A DNA stretch of 64,000 bases from Octopus vulgaris (GCA_951406725.2 OX597818.1:27652001-27716000), one strand, 5' to 3'. Shown: positions 1 through 13,120, numbered from the stretch's first letter. Notes: generated from the sequence alone by a model not told the origin. Program-made: numbers and translations.

Positions 1-137
1 GTACAGCCCGTGTCCACCAGGGCTCGCGACATCTTCCCCTTCACCAGAATGTCGACCACAGGTTGCGATGATAAACGCGCCGCTACTGATCCAAAGGGAC
101 AACTACCGGCGCAGTAGTCTCCCGCAGTCCATTTCCC
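1..137 (-). CDS. pol: Start of pol (aspartic protease), in the -1 frame relative to gag
   Basis: Minus-strand frame reads GKWTAGDYCAGSCPFGSVAARLSSQPVVDILVKGKMSRALVDTGC (LVDTG protease motif), open from a G GGA AAT heptamer at 131-137. Confidence 0.8.
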
Positions 138-841
138 CGCAGACACTCGCTGGCTACATGCCCCGGCTCTTGACACCGGTAGCAAATCACTTCAGTCTTG
201 GGCGACCCACAGTCACGCACCATGTGTGGACCTTGGCACCGGAAACACTGTCCTTTGAACGGTCGCACACGTTCTTTCCTCAGCCCCTCTCCGCTGCTCC
301 TAGCTGGGCCACTTTTCGACATTGCAGTCGCTGCTACCGACGTCATCCTGCTGCATGAAACTAGTACACATGCCCGAGATATGATGTCGGCCATCGGCAT
401 CGAACGCACGTTCGGGAGCTTCTGTAGCTCGACCGACATGATGTTGGGAAAGCCAGTCACGAACACCAACCTAACCGTCCGTTCTAGCGACTCTCCCTCA
501 TAACCCGCCAATTTAGCCAGTCTTCTAAGCTCATTGGCAAACACGTCCATCTGTTGCCCAGTCCATCTCATTCTACCCAGGCGAGCGTATGCCTCGAACA
601 TACCTTCCGCAAAGGCCTCCATCAGTCGGATTTCTACTTTATCTGCGCTAAGTTGGTCCGTCTCCTCCATCTCTAAATATAACGCCAACGCCGGGCCATC
701 CAAGTACAGTGGCATGAAGCTCACCAGGTCACCTATACAATAGAGCTTCGCCACCAACTTCACTCTCTTCAACCAAGCGACCACATCAGTGTCGCCGCAA
801 AACAGTGTTATAGGTTCGCGCGAAACCCAAGCACTCTGCAT
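83..841 (-). CDS. gag: Retrotransposon Gag with two CCHC zinc knuckles
   Basis: 252-aa ORF with CFRCQGPHMVRDC and CYRCQEPGHVASEC. Confidence 0.9.
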   Translation of the reverse strand: MQSAWVSREPITLFCGDTDVVAWLKRVKLVAKLYCIGDLVSFMPLYLDGPALALYLEMEETDQLSADKVEIRLMEAFAEGMFEAYARLGRMRWTGQQMDVFANELRRLAKLAGYEGESLERTVRLVFVTGFPNIMSVELQKLPNVRSMPMADIISRACVLVSCSRMTSVAATAMSKSGPARSSGEGLRKERVRPFKGQCFRCQGPHMVRDCGSPKTEVICYRCQEPGHVASECLRGNGLRETTAPVVVPLDQ

Positions 842-1240
842 AATTTTTTTATTTTTATTTTTTATAAAACCGAGTGTTTATTTGCCGAAATAGCTTGTGG
901 TGTGAACGATGAAAAGAGTACAACAGAAAAAGGGAGAATGGAAATGTAATTGGGTCTTACCTTGTCGGAGATGAATTCGGATACCTCTTAGCCAACTCGA
1001 TGCATCTGGTGCCTTCGTCGTGTCTGCCGCAACTGCTCGATCCCACACGTGCGTTCTGCCTGTCGCTTCCACTTCCTCCCGCGCATGTGCCCTGCAAGCC
1101 CTGCTTCCGCCCTGCGAGCCCTACTTCCGCTCTCCCCTATCCGTCATACTCTCTCACCAACACCACACTATTACTACTCTTACAAGAAATGTTTGATATT
1201 GAATAACATTTCTATACACATTACTTTTTTCTTTTATCAG

Positions 1241-1259
1241 GTGTCAAAAACAATAAAGA
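1241..1259 (+). CDS. Host gene micro-exon (19 nt, phase 1 to 2), xVKNNK(D)
   Basis: ttttttcttttatcag acceptor and gtaagt donor; with the 17-nt exon at 4368 it totals 36 nt and restores phase 1. Confidence 0.6.
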
Positions 1260-2054
1260 GTAAGTATATAACATTTTTATTTGTTGTTTATTTGAAAAGT
1301 AGAGAGAAAATTTTTATCAAAAGATTAACTTTTACCATTCATCAATTAGTGATTTTACCTTGTAATATACCTACTTTGGCAATTTACAGAAAGGTTGCAG
1401 CTTAGCTGAGGTTAAAATGCATCAGAAATTTTCTTCCATACATGTTGCTGAAAATGATATTAGCTATCAACCAATAATATTTTGTTTCTTAGTGCTTGAC
1501 TAAAAACACTTATGCATTTCAATGTTTTAATAATCAAATATGCTTTCAACTACAAATTCATTTACTTATTATCTTATAATAATTTATTTAACAATTATTT
1601 GTTTATTTAATTATCAACTGGATGGCATTTGGTTTGAATTTAATGAGTCAGTAATTCGTCTACTATGTCTTATATTATATTAGAAAAGCTCTTATTTAGT
1701 TTAAAATTTACTTTAGCTGCTTTTTCAATACAGCTTCTGCTTTAAGAACTTTTCATTGTTTTTTGGTATATATATTAAGACAAGAGTGAGAACTAACAAA
1801 TCTATTTTTTGGAAGTCCTTCCTGGCCAAAATATTGCCCAAGAAGAAGTGGAGAAATTGTCAAGCTACATTCTAACTGGGCCCTGCCTGCAAGGCCATGT
1901 GCTGTTTATCATGATATGAGATCACCGTGTCATGCACATGTGGTTGTGATGCATGAGTATGGTGTACCCTTATCAGATGGGTAGTCACGATAGATATATT
2001 GGGCTTCATATTTTTGCAACCCGGTGTCACTGTAATGGTGTGCACTGCTCTCTC

Positions 2055-2090
<36 letters not shown>

Positions 2091-2091
<1 letters not shown>

Positions 2092-4018
2092 GATCCTCGA
2101 AACACTAGCCATTAACAAAGTAGCACCAACAATCATAAAATTCATAGAGCACTCTATGAATAAATGGCAAACAGTCCTACACCTCCAAACAAAAGAGGGA
2201 CTCATGAAAACCAAAGACATCCCCATTAGAAGAGGAATATTCCAGGGAGATACGCTCTCTCCACTCCTTTTCTGCTTGGCACTGTCACCTCTATCTGATA
2301 TGCTAAATAGAACTGGATGCGGATATAAATGTTACGGCAAAACGATCAGCCACCTTTTATATATGGATGACCTAAAACTATACGCTGCAAATGACAAACA
2401 GCTGGAAACACTATTAAAGACAGTTCATGGATTTACCAAAGAAATAGATATGAAATTTGGATTAGAAAAATGCGCCAAAGTAACCATGAAAAGAGGAAAA
2501 CTAGTTAAGAGTAACAACATCACACTAGATGAAGCAAATGAAATAAAAGAATTAGACCAAAGCCAAACTTACAAATACTTAGGAATCCATGAACTAGATA
2601 AGACACAACACACACAAATGAAAGAGAAAATAAAAAAAGAATATTATAGACGAGTTAGATCAATACTAAACACAGAGCTCAATGCTAAAAACAAGATAAT
2701 AGGTATCAACACTTTAGCTGTCCCAGTTATAAGTTACAGCTACAATATCCTTAACTGGACACGAAATGAACTGACCAAAATAGACAGGAAAACAAGAAAA
2801 ATAATGACAGGATCTAGGATGCATCACCCAAAATCTGACATAGAAAGACTATATATACAACGTATAGAAGGTGGTAGAGGCCTTATACAGCTGGAAAACT
2901 ACTATAAAATAACCACCATAGGACTGCAAAAATATCTACTTCAGAAGGAAGGAAAACTGATCCAGATAGCGGCAAAACACGAGCAAAACAAAAAACTGTT
3001 CTCAGTATTTAAGGAAGCTGACAAATACAAACAAGAAATCATACCACCTAATAAACATGAAGAAGAAGAAGATGAAGAAACAACAAAAGCTATAAAAAAA
3101 ATGAAATCCAAACTAAAAATAGAACAGCAACGAACCATGATAAAACGATGGCAAGAAAAGCCCCTTCATGGTAAATACTGGACTAAACTAAACGCAAAAG
3201 AAATAGACAAAGAAAAATCCCAGCAATGGTTGAGAAGCTCAGGACTCAAAGCAGAAACAGAGGGATTTTTAATTGCAGCACAAGACCAAAGCCTCCCCAC
3301 CAGAAATTACCAAAAACATGTAATGAAAAGAAATATTACAAGTAACTGCAGAATATGTGGAGATGGACAAGAAACAATAAATCATATTATCTCTAGCTGC
3401 CCAGTCCTGGCTAAGAAGGAATATATTCACAGGCATGACAGAGTTGGAACTTACATACATTGGAAGCTATGCCAACATTATGGAATAACAACAGAAAAAA
3501 GATGGTATAGGCACACACCAGAAAAGGTCACAGAAAACGAGAAAGCAACCATACTCTGGGATATGCCGATACACACAGATAGAGAAATTAAGGCCAACAG
3601 ACCAGATATAGTTGTCAGAGACCATGAAGAAAAAAATGCTTTCTAATTGATGTATCAGTACCGGCAGATGACAACGTGTCTCTAAAAGAAATGGAGAAAC
3701 TCTCAAAATACAAAGACCTGGAAATAGAGGTAACTAGAATGTGGAATCTGAAAACAGAAACAATTCCTATCATAGTAGGTGCATTAGGCATGATAAAAAA
3801 ATATTCAGACAAATACATAACAAAAACACCAGGACTTACAAACACATATAACATACAGAAAATTGCACTACTAGGCACTGCACACATCCTACGCAGAACA
3901 CTTTCCATACAATAACCATCAGAGCATCACAACAAATCACAGCACATACCCAAGGCACACAGAGCTGCGCTCGGTAGTGAAGTGAAAGCACGCTATAAAA
4001 ATAAAAATAAAACTACTG
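2091..4018 (+). mobile_element. 5'-truncated R4/Dong-like non-LTR retrotransposon (RT, CCHC finger, restriction-like endonuclease) inserted in (TAA)n
   Basis: RGIFQGDTLSP and YMDD RT motifs; CRIC..ETINHIISSC; RHD; RPDIV..D; (TAA)n on both flanks. Confidence 0.9.
2156..3915 (+). pseudogene. R4/Dong-like RT-endonuclease ORF, broken by one frameshift in the A-run near 3630
   Basis: ORF 2156-3646 continues in another frame (CFLIDVSVP..EKLSKYKDL..IPIIVGALG) to 3915. Confidence 0.85.
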
Positions 4019-4047
4019 AATAATAATAATAATAATAATAATAACAA

Positions 4048-4120
<73 letters not shown>

Positions 4121-4163
4121 TGTAGTAGCAGTAGTAGTAGTAGTAATAATAATAATAATAATA
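4019..4163. repeat. Compound (TAA)n/(TAG)n microsatellite
   Basis: Directly visible; explains the poly-Leu ORF 3937-4224. Confidence 0.95.
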
Positions 4164-4367
4164 CTGAGGTTACATAATTCAACAGGATGTCATTTAAATG
4201 ATCTCGTGTTAATAAGATCATCACTCTGAAAATGAAGGAATAAGAATAACAAAAACAACAACAATAATAATGATAATAAGCACTATTATAATTTTTAGGA
4301 TTCTTACTATTTTATTTTGAAAATATTGTAAATACTTAATTTTGTAATTATTTTATGAATTTAATAG

Positions 4368-4384
4368 CACTTCGTCAACAGAAG
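4368..4384 (+). CDS. Host gene micro-exon (17 nt, phase 2 to 1), (D)TSSTE
   Basis: tttaatag acceptor and AG|gtaagt donor; frame-compatible with flanking exons. Confidence 0.6.
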
Positions 4385-4784
4385 GTAAGTTTCATTTTCC
4401 AAAAATGCATTTTGACTAATCTCACTTCTTGCTTCTATATCCATTTGTAAATTAATAGCATGACCTTAAATATGATAGATATAGGGAGACCTGGCTAACA
4501 CTTTTAAGACACTTCGCCTTAAATTTACAGTAACCACTAACCTCAGCATAGTACATCTTCTTAGATCTAAAATTGGATCAACATACAAGAAAATACCAAT
4601 TGTGTAGAAAGCTGAATGAGAAACTATGATATAAATAAGGACACCAATCAACAGTTGTGTAATATCTAAAATATTCTCATATAAGTTGCTAGGCCCCACT
4701 TAAGATCTGACAAGAGACCAAGACTTCTGGTGATTTGTTGTGCTTAAGAAAACATGTCAAGCTTAGTAAAATTGCGGCCTTGAG

Positions 4785-6430
4785 GCCCAAATATTCTCTA
4801 ATTTCACTGGTCCCACTCCTGAACTATACGGTCGTTATATTGACGACATTATCGGTGCCACCTCACTCTCCCATGAACATCTAGATTCCTTCCTCTCTTT
4901 CGTTCAAACCTTCCATCCAGCCTTCCACTTCACCTCCACTATCTCCAACACCTCTGTCTCCTTCCTCGACATTTCAGTCAGCATTCATCACTCCACTCTT
5001 ACCACCTCCATTCACTACAAACACACAGACTCACACTCATACCTAAACTTCTCTTTCTCCCACCCAAAACACACCAAGCTTTCCATCCCCTATTCCCAAT
5101 TCCTCTGTCTACGTAGGCTCTGTAGTGACGACCATGACTTTGAGGCTCAGTCTCAATGCATGGCTCACCACTTCATCCTACGTGGATACCCCCTCACCAC
5201 TATCAACACCGCCCTTGCCAGAGCACGTTCCGTAGATCGTGCATCTGCTCTCTTCCCCCGAACCCACCCTGTAGTCTCCTGCCTCCCTTTTCCCCTCACT
5301 TACCACCCCACGACCCTACCTCTCCAATGCACCATTCTTCGAGCTTTCCGGCATCTCCAGTCCGACCCGTCCACTTCACACCTCTTCACTAACCGACCCC
5401 TCCCCTCCTTCAAATGAGTCCATAACCTACGAGACCTTTTGGTCCACAGCTCCTTCCCTGACCCTACCTCCCAACCTGGCTCGTTCCCCTGCTCCCGCCC
5501 ATATTGCCGCACTTGCCCGTACCTCTCCAACACCACCCTTCTCACTGGCACCCATCATCGACCCTATCGCATCATCAACTCCTTCACCTGCACCTCCAGC
5601 AATATCATCTATTGCATCTCTTGCTCTCTCTGCCATTCCCTGTACATCGGACAAACGGGACGCCGCTTGGCTGACCGGTTCGCGGAACACCTCCGTGACA
5701 TACGCCTTGCCAACGACACACTGGTCTCACGCCATTTCCGCTCCACCGGTCACTCCTTGCAACACCTGTCTGTGTTTGGTTTGTCCTTGCACAGAGGCCA
5801 TCCGGATTCCCATTTGCACCGTGAACAGGAATTAATCTTCTCTCTTCGCTCTTTCACGCCATTTGGTCTCAACTCCCCCCCTCCTCATCTAACCCCCTCT
5901 CCCTCCTCCTCCTCCCCTCCCCCTATTCCTCTCTTCTTCCTTCTTTCCTCTCTCCCAGCCCCCTCACCTCTCCTCTCCCCATCTCCCCCTCTCCCCTCCC
6001 CCTCATCTCCTCTCTCTACACTACACCATACGACATTACACATCACATCATACATACATACATACACACATCCAGACCTCTCATACGCACTACATACTCT
6101 CTCATACACACACACACCCTTATGTTGGGGCGTTGGTCATTTGACCCTGTTATCTCCCCTATTTTCGCTCTTGCGTCACACGTTTGATCTTTGACTTCTG
6201 GCCAGAATCAGATCGCCATGTTGATTCGCTAGCTTCTGCACGCATTTTTTTTCTCTCCTTGTTTCTTTCCGTGTTTCTTTTCTGTGTATCTTTCTGTTGA
6301 AGAGCGTAGGCTCGAAACGTAAAAGATTTGTTTTATTTATATTCCTGAGTGCCATACTAATACAATTGTTTGTTTGTATTCCACCTGCCTTCGTCTTTTG
6401 TTTATTTTCATAAAGCTTCCCGTTATACAT
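4785..6430 (+). mobile_element. Penelope-like retroelement, 5'-truncated (RT C-terminus, GIY-YIG endonuclease, 3' terminal repeat)
   Basis: GRYIDDII RT motif near 4829; TCTSSNIIYCISCSLCHSLYIGQTGRRLADRFAEH GIY-YIG; in-frame TGA near 5415. Confidence 0.9.
6288..6327 (+). ncRNA. Minimal type I hammerhead-ribozyme-like motif at the Penelope 3' end (variant core CUGUUGA)
   Basis: atcttt CTGTTGA a gagc gtag gctc GAAAC GTA aaagat: 6-bp stem I, 4-bp stem II, palindromic ACGT stem III. Confidence 0.55.
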
Positions 6431-6984
6431 ACAGGTACATCATTTTGTCAGTTGAGAGATCCTTATCCTGAGGGCTCATGAGTGTTGGTGTTACTTAAAA
6501 GCACCTATGCAGGTGTATCCATTCTGATCCACATAAAATGCTCCAATACTGGTACCATGTATAAAGCACCTGTGTTGGTAGCAGTTGGAAAGCACTCCTG
6601 TCAGTGCTACATATCAACAGATTATATTGCTATACCTTCAGAAAAGAAGCATGATAAGCAATGTAGACAATAAAATATTATTTAGTCGAACCTGTTACTC
6701 ACTGAAATTAGATGAAATAAGCAAAAGAGCAGACTGCATTGGTATGGTCATGTGGTAAGTGTGGATGAGTATAAAGATGTATTGATTGCATTATGTTGCT
6801 CAATATCCTGGAGAGGTTCTGGTTAGGATACTATGCCTCATGGAGGAGATGACAAAGGACTGAAATGATTGGTGATTCAGTGCTTGAGAAGATCTGTCAA
6901 TTGTGATGGAAGTGAAGTTCTAAAAGCATTGTGTTTATGTCTATACACTTGCTGGACCACTGCTACTGTACCCACTCTGCCATT

Positions 6985-7790
6985 GTCCAGCCTTTAATCT
7001 CTGTCCATTCAAAGGATCCTTAAGCTTCCAGACCCTTCTTTTCCACTCTAGTCATCTTCTGGGCAGCCATTTAGTCCTGTTCCTGAAGTTACTAACTACT
7101 AACTGATGTTGTGGGGTGCATTTTTACCTGAGAAAGTTTTGGTATTTATAAGTAGCCATCTTTCCTGGTGAGAATGTAGTCAATCTGACTAGGGTATCCA
7201 CCAGACTGGTAGGTGAGCAGGTGACTTGCATGTTTCCTGAAGTTAGTATTACAGATCATAAGATCACTTGCATCACAAAACTCTAGTAGCTTGGTTCCCT
7301 CCTCATTGCGGGAACCAAATCTGTTGCCACCTCACACACCATAGAAGCTCCCTGAATGTTGTTCAACATGCCCATTGAAGTCACCAGTCACAAAGAGAAG
7401 GTCTTTGACATTTGTCGATAAGGTAGTCTGCAAGAGGATGTCATAAATCAGTCTTGCTGTTTATCACGTAGCCCTGGCTGAGGGGCATATGCCAAGATAA
7501 TGGTTGCTATTCCATGTTGAAGCACTAGTATTCTATCACAGACTCTGACTACCTCGATTACCTTATCAACCCATTTCTCAGCAAAGAGTATACCCACACC
7601 AACAATCCTATCACTGTTCCCTACCCAGAAAATCTTATACTTATGTTCTTTTGCCTGTGAGGAACCTAGCTGAACTTCCTCTCCACCTTACTTCCTGGAT
7701 GCAACATAAATCTACATGTCTCTATTTAAGCATCTCAACAATCTCACCAGACCTGCTTTTCAGTGTGCCAACTCTGAGGGTGTGGTAGGT
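6985..7790 (-). mobile_element. Degenerate RTE LINE fragment (AP endonuclease region)
   Basis: Homologous to 45080-45660 (GDFNGHV, TNFRK, WKLKDP) with stops and frameshifts. Confidence 0.8.
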
Positions 7791-8631
7791 GTGGGCCAGC
7801 AAGATGGGGGGACAGCAGCATTATGCATCTGGAAAGAAAGTTTGCACATGCATTTGGCAGACCTCGTAAACATAGAAATAGGTTTCAACCTGCATACACT
7901 TCACCATCTTTATATTCACTTCATAAACACTACGTTCAATGGGAGATAGACAATAGATAGGAATGGAGGCGAAGGGAGGGGGAAAGCATTCTGTACAGGT
8001 AGCCATTAGAGGTGTGCAGGACAAAGACATCTAGTAGAGGTTAGGGGAGAAAAACTTCCAGTATAGATCAAGGAAGTGTGTTGGAAGGGAGCACCACAAA
8101 GGGCAAAACACTATGGCTGCCCTATTTCCTAACTAAAGCGACAAAGCGAGCCACTATTTAACTATCAACATGGGAAAGCAAGTGGGTAACAAAACAGAGA
8201 GAGCAGTGAAATTTTACAGAATTACCTCCACAGTAGAGGAAACTGTAGCGGCACAAGCAGTCAGCGCCATATTGGATGAGATCTCACAGCAGCAATTGCC
8301 ATCTCCAAGACTGGAGCGAGGCCTCACCTGCATCCATTTGCTATGTGTGAGATCACAACGAGGCTCGCAATGGAAACTATATAAAGGGAAAATCCGATTC
8401 AAATCTCTCTCATCTTTGTGCCACTACACAGCAGCGCTTGCTGAACACACCACTGGCTGGAGTCAATTTGCACCCACACTATTGGAGCTTAAGATGGTAG
8501 CTGAGAGCAGCACACTTCACCTCACCTGTAAATAAATCAGATGTAAATAGCATTTGTACTTGAAGCCTTCTCTCTTCGTCTGCCGAAAGTCTGAACTACT
8601 CGAAGAACAAAAGATGATGGGAGAAGACAAT

Positions 8632-8761
8632 ATTCTTCCAATGTTGTAAACCTTGCCTTCTATCATTATTAAAAAACAATGGAACATTTGGTTAAGATTC
8701 TTCCAATGTTGTAAACCTTGCCTTCTATCATTATTAAAAAACAATGGAACATTTGGTTAAG
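8632..8761. repeat. Perfect 65-bp tandem duplication
   Basis: attcttccaatgttg...ttggttaag occurs twice. Confidence 0.9.
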
Positions 8762-8809
8762 ATAGCGGGTAACAAAACAAAACAAATGAAGAGATGAAAT
8801 TTTTAAGAT

Positions 8810-9170
8810 TGAGAGCAAGAATAAACTGAATTGAACAATTGGATTTCTTAACTTTGCTATAACATACCTCTAAATAGATAGCTAAATGAATAACCATAAT
8901 AATGAGCACTATAGAGTGAAACAGAATTTCACATTTGCTTTCTTAATTTAACTATAACTATAGCTGAAGTAAGCAAAACTTGGTGTCTAAATAGATAAAT
9001 AAATGAATAACAATAATAATTATAACGAGTGTTAAAGTGAGAGAGAATTGAACATAGGACTTCTTAAGTTTTCTATGACATACGGCATGGAATAAACGAT
9101 ACTGTGTGGGTAGGTAGATAAATTAATGAATAATAATAGTAATTATAATTAAAGCTATAAAATGAGGATT
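8810..9170. repeat. Three diverged ~120-bp tandem units
   Basis: Recurring tttcttaa..t..ctataac.ta and atagata..taaatgaataa..ataata motifs. Confidence 0.6.
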
Positions 9171-9449
9171 AGATGTGTGTCAGGTTGGAAAACAAGAGTT
9201 GTTTATCTTTCTTATTTCCACTTTGTGAGGTAAGGGTTGGGTCAATATAAAGATCCTAACCTGAAAACAAAAAAAAAAAAACAAAAAAAAAATCCAGCCT
9301 GCTGGGTGTTAACAACTGTGCAGAAAACAAATATGAAAAAAATTTGCGCAAACGAACATGGGTGGGGGGCACTTTTGGAAAATTCAAAAGATCCAATTTT
9401 TCCCTCATAGCTTTCAGGAAAATGAATATATATTGATTTTTTTTTTTTT

Positions 9450-10053
9450 TTATGAACTGCCATGTTTTTGGCTATGGAGAATCTGATTCTGAACAGGATT
9501 TTCAAAAACCGCAAATTCAAAATTTCAATTTCCCTGCCACATCCATTTCTTAATTTTTCACTCTTTCCGGAAATTTTTTTTTTTTGCAAAGTACATAGAA
9601 AAATACGAAGATTACAATTCTGAAAAAAAAAAAAAATGTTTGTAAAATTTCAATTTTTCAAAAAAAAAAACTAACCCCCTCCCAATTCTGCAGCCTTGGC
9701 CTTCAAGCAGGCTATCCACATGCTAGAAAAAACAGCCAAATCTCATAAAACTGTGATAGCATTATGAAAGAAGTATGTAATCAATCTGTCCATTTTCTGT
9801 TTCACTATTCCACTAGCAGATGATGCTCTTTGCTGGTCAAATGATTCTCTTTAATAACTGTGACATTAAAGTGTAGGTTTTTTTTTAGAATCATAATCTC
9901 CATATTTTTCTATATATTTTGCAAAAAGAAATTTCCAGAAAAAGTGAAAAATGAAGAAATGGGGTGGGGGTTGAAATTTTGAAGTTGCGATTTTTGCAAA
10001 ATTTTTTTCTGAATCAGAAATTCCATAGCCAAAAATGTGGGATTCCATAAAAA
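9450..10053. mobile_element. Inverted-repeat (MITE or foldback-like) DNA element remnant
   Basis: 9450-9630 is a diverged reverse complement of 9878-10053. Confidence 0.65.
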
Positions 10054-10345
10054 AATGATCATCTATCCATAGTTAATATTAACTTTAAAACGTCAAAGAG
10101 AAAGTGATCTTTTTTTTGATTTATCACACTTACATTGGTAATTGAATTTTGTAAGTGTTTCTTTATATGTTATTTTGTTTTTGTTTTGTTTTATTTCAGT
10201 ATACTTTAGTATATCCTGATATTTTATCATAATGCTATAAACGTTATCTAATACATCTGATCCTAGAAACAGTTTATTTCAGATGTCATTTACCACACAT
10301 ATATAGACAATAAACAAATTTATTTTTACATTTTTATTTTCATAG

Positions 10346-10387
10346 ATGAGGAAAATGCTTATGCTACTTTGTCACTTGTATTTGATA
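10346..10387 (+). CDS. Type-A tyrosine-motif micro-exon (42 nt): DEENAYATLSLVFD
   Basis: ttttcatag acceptor, gtaagt donor, phase 1-1. Confidence 0.8.
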
Positions 10388-10570
10388 GTAAGTATAATTA
10401 ATGCCTATAAGTAAAAAGAACTATAGTTCATGTTACTCTCAAAATGATATTTTACCTTTCACCTTTCACTTGTTTCAGTCACTTCTCTGCATCCATAGTG
10501 GTGTACAATCTTGAAGAGTTTTAGTTGAATAACTGAACCCTCCTGCTGCTTTTTCTATCAATTTTTTTTA

Positions 10571-11055
10571 CCGTAAATCCTCGAGTATAGTTCGCCCTTG
10601 AGTATAATATGCAGGGGACTTTTAGTGGGCTGTACCTCTGATAAACCTAAATCTTGTGTATAATACGCACCCCTTCTCTAACTTGAGTCAAGGAGGGCTA
10701 TATAACGTCCTTGGTTTGTAAAAATGTGTATGGTAACATCCTTTATTATTATTATTTTCTATATATAACATAATGCAAACGTGTAGCTTTTTTGTGCATT
10801 TTGTTTGCAGAAAATAAAGAAGTAACAGTAATAACGTTTAATAAATGTTGCTTACTGAAAGTTATGGATGATTTAAGGTATTTTCACGACCGACATCACA
10901 AAATGCGTCTGAATAAACATTGCCGGACAGCAAATAGGGACTTGGACATTGCTTAGAAAATAATTTTCATTTTTGACTTTGTATATAGTACGCACTAGGG
11001 ATTTTGACCTTTAAATTTTGGAAAAAAAGTATGGGTTATACTCGAGGATAAACGG
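10571..11055. mobile_element. Tc1/mariner-superfamily (Tc2-like) MITE
   Basis: TIRs ta-CCGTAAATCCTCGAGTATA and TATACTCGAGGATAAACGG-ta; absent from sister modules near 13330 and 14195. Confidence 0.85.
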
Positions 11056-11159
11056 TACTAAACAACTCAGTTACTCAGGGGAGGTAAAGTAATCAGCACT
11101 GATTGTCAAATGTTGGGAAGATATGCATACACAAAGACAGATATGCACACACAAACACA

Positions 11160-11200
<41 letters not shown>

Positions 11201-11382
11201 AGAAAGAAAGAGAAGAGATGACAGGCTTCTTTCAAATTTTGTCTACAAAATCCACATGATTTGATTGACATGGGGATACAATAGGAAGCATATACCAGAG
11301 GTGTTACACAGTGGGACAAAATCCCAAACCACATGGCTGAAGAGCAATCTTTTTACAACATTTAATATATACATATAATATA

Positions 11383-12612
11383 TAGGGTCATTCCATAAAT
11401 AATGCAGTTTTTTTTATACTTCTATTATTTTTCAAAATCAAGAGAAACAAAGTTTTTTTCATCTAAAATATACTCTCCTTTATTTTCTACAATGCTCTTC
11501 CATCTATCTGGTAGACTTGCAAGGCCCCTCTTCCAAAATTCACTTGTCTGTGACAAAGAAAATCCCCCAGTACTGTTTTGACTTCATCTACGGAATTTAT
11601 ATTTTTTCCATCCAAATGATTTTGAAGACCACGGAATAAATGATAATGAGATGGTGCAATGTCCAGCGAATATGATGGGGGGGGGGTCCCATTTTAACTG
11701 CCCCAGCTTTTGGAATCTTATTCTTGCTGTATGTGGCCTGATGGAAGAACACCTTTTGTCTTGAAACCAAAGATGGTGGTTTTTCTACAATCAAGCTGCA
11801 GTAGATTTTTGTTATTGTTTGCTTTGGATTTAAAAGTTCAAAGTGGACTAAACCTTTCATATCCCTCCAAACAGATAACAACACCTTATGTGGGGGAAGA
11901 CCTTTAGTCTGGGGTGCCATTGTTTCTTATTTCCCTACTCACTGTCCTTGGTGCTTGACATTTTTATAGAGAATCCATTTCTCATCACCAGCCACAATTC
12001 GGTCCATAAAGGTTCATTTGTGAGATGTGACAGCAAAGAAGATCACACATTCACTCTTTGCATGCAATTAAATTTGGAAAGTTTGTGAGAAACCCATTAA
12101 CCCAAATTGTTCTCTTTTCCAATGGCACACAGCTGTCAATGAATAGTTGAATGACCAAATCCAAGTCTCTCTGCTAATTCCTCAACAGTTACGGTGGAAT
12201 TTTGTTCCACCAGAGTTTGCAGAACATCCTTGTTGAGCTTTACAGATCTTTCAGGACAAAGCTCATCTGCAAGGGTGCAGTTTCCGGCTCGGAATTTCTG
12301 GAACCACCATTGACACTGGTTTATGCTTATTGTCTGATCCTCATATACTGCATTAATATTCCTTGCACTTGTTGCTGCGTTTTTGCCTTTATTGAACTCA
12401 TAAAGCAAAATATGCCGAATATGTTCCTTTGTCACTTTGAAAAAATAACTGTTAGAATTGAAGTGCACTCTTCAAAACTTGCACTAAGAGTAAGGACAAG
12501 GTAAAATTACTACCTGCTTTTATAGCAAGTTGACGCAGGTAGCTTATCCCATTCCCCACTAAGATTTAGTCCATGCAATTGAAAAAACTGCATTATTTAT
12601 GGGATGAACCAA
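11383..12612 (-). mobile_element. Degenerate mariner transposon
   Basis: TIRs gggtcattccataaataatgcagttttt and aaaaactgcattatttatgggatgaacc; transposase fragments HIRHILLYEF..QWWFQKFRAG and KVLLSVW. Confidence 0.85.
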
Positions 12613-13120
12613 TAAAATATGTATTTTATGCACACACACACACACACACACACACACAATATCATTATGATCGTTATTTTTTCTGTTTTCTAAGCTGGCA
12701 TGTGTAAGGTGGTTCAACAGGATTCAATGAATTGGAGGACCAGATCTTATTTCAGTGTTTCAATGCTAAGGAGAAAATGCATGCGATCATATGTCTGACT
12801 TGGGTGTAAACAGTAACAACAACAATAGGACCGATCATCTTCCCATAGTTAATATTGAATATAAAAAGTCAAAGAGAAAGTGATCTTTTTCTTGATTTAT
12901 CACACTTACATTGGTAATTGAATTTTGTAAGTGTTTCTTTATATGTTATTTTGTTTTTGTTTTATTTTATTTCAGTATACTTTAGTATATCCTGATATTT
13001 TGTTATAATACTATAAACGTTCTTTAATACATCTGATCCTAGAAACAGTTCATTTCAGATGTCATATACCACACATATATAGACAATAAACATATTTATT
13101 TTACATTTTTATTTTCATAG

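Larger units (their letters stand above)
1..1184 (-). mobile_element. Gypsy-like LTR retrotransposon, 5' part (5' LTR, gag, start of pol); continues past the window start
   Basis: GC-rich block with a sharp edge at 1184 (minus strand starts TGTAAGAG); gag ORF with zinc knuckles followed by an aspartic protease motif. Confidence 0.85.

Noticed and set aside
3937-4224. Poly-Leu ORF resembling a membrane protein
   Set aside because: Translation of the (TAG)n/(TAA)n microsatellite
8170-8535. 121-aa ORF as a host exon
   Set aside because: No recognisable motif or convincing splice sites; lies upstream of an RTE remnant and may be element UTR
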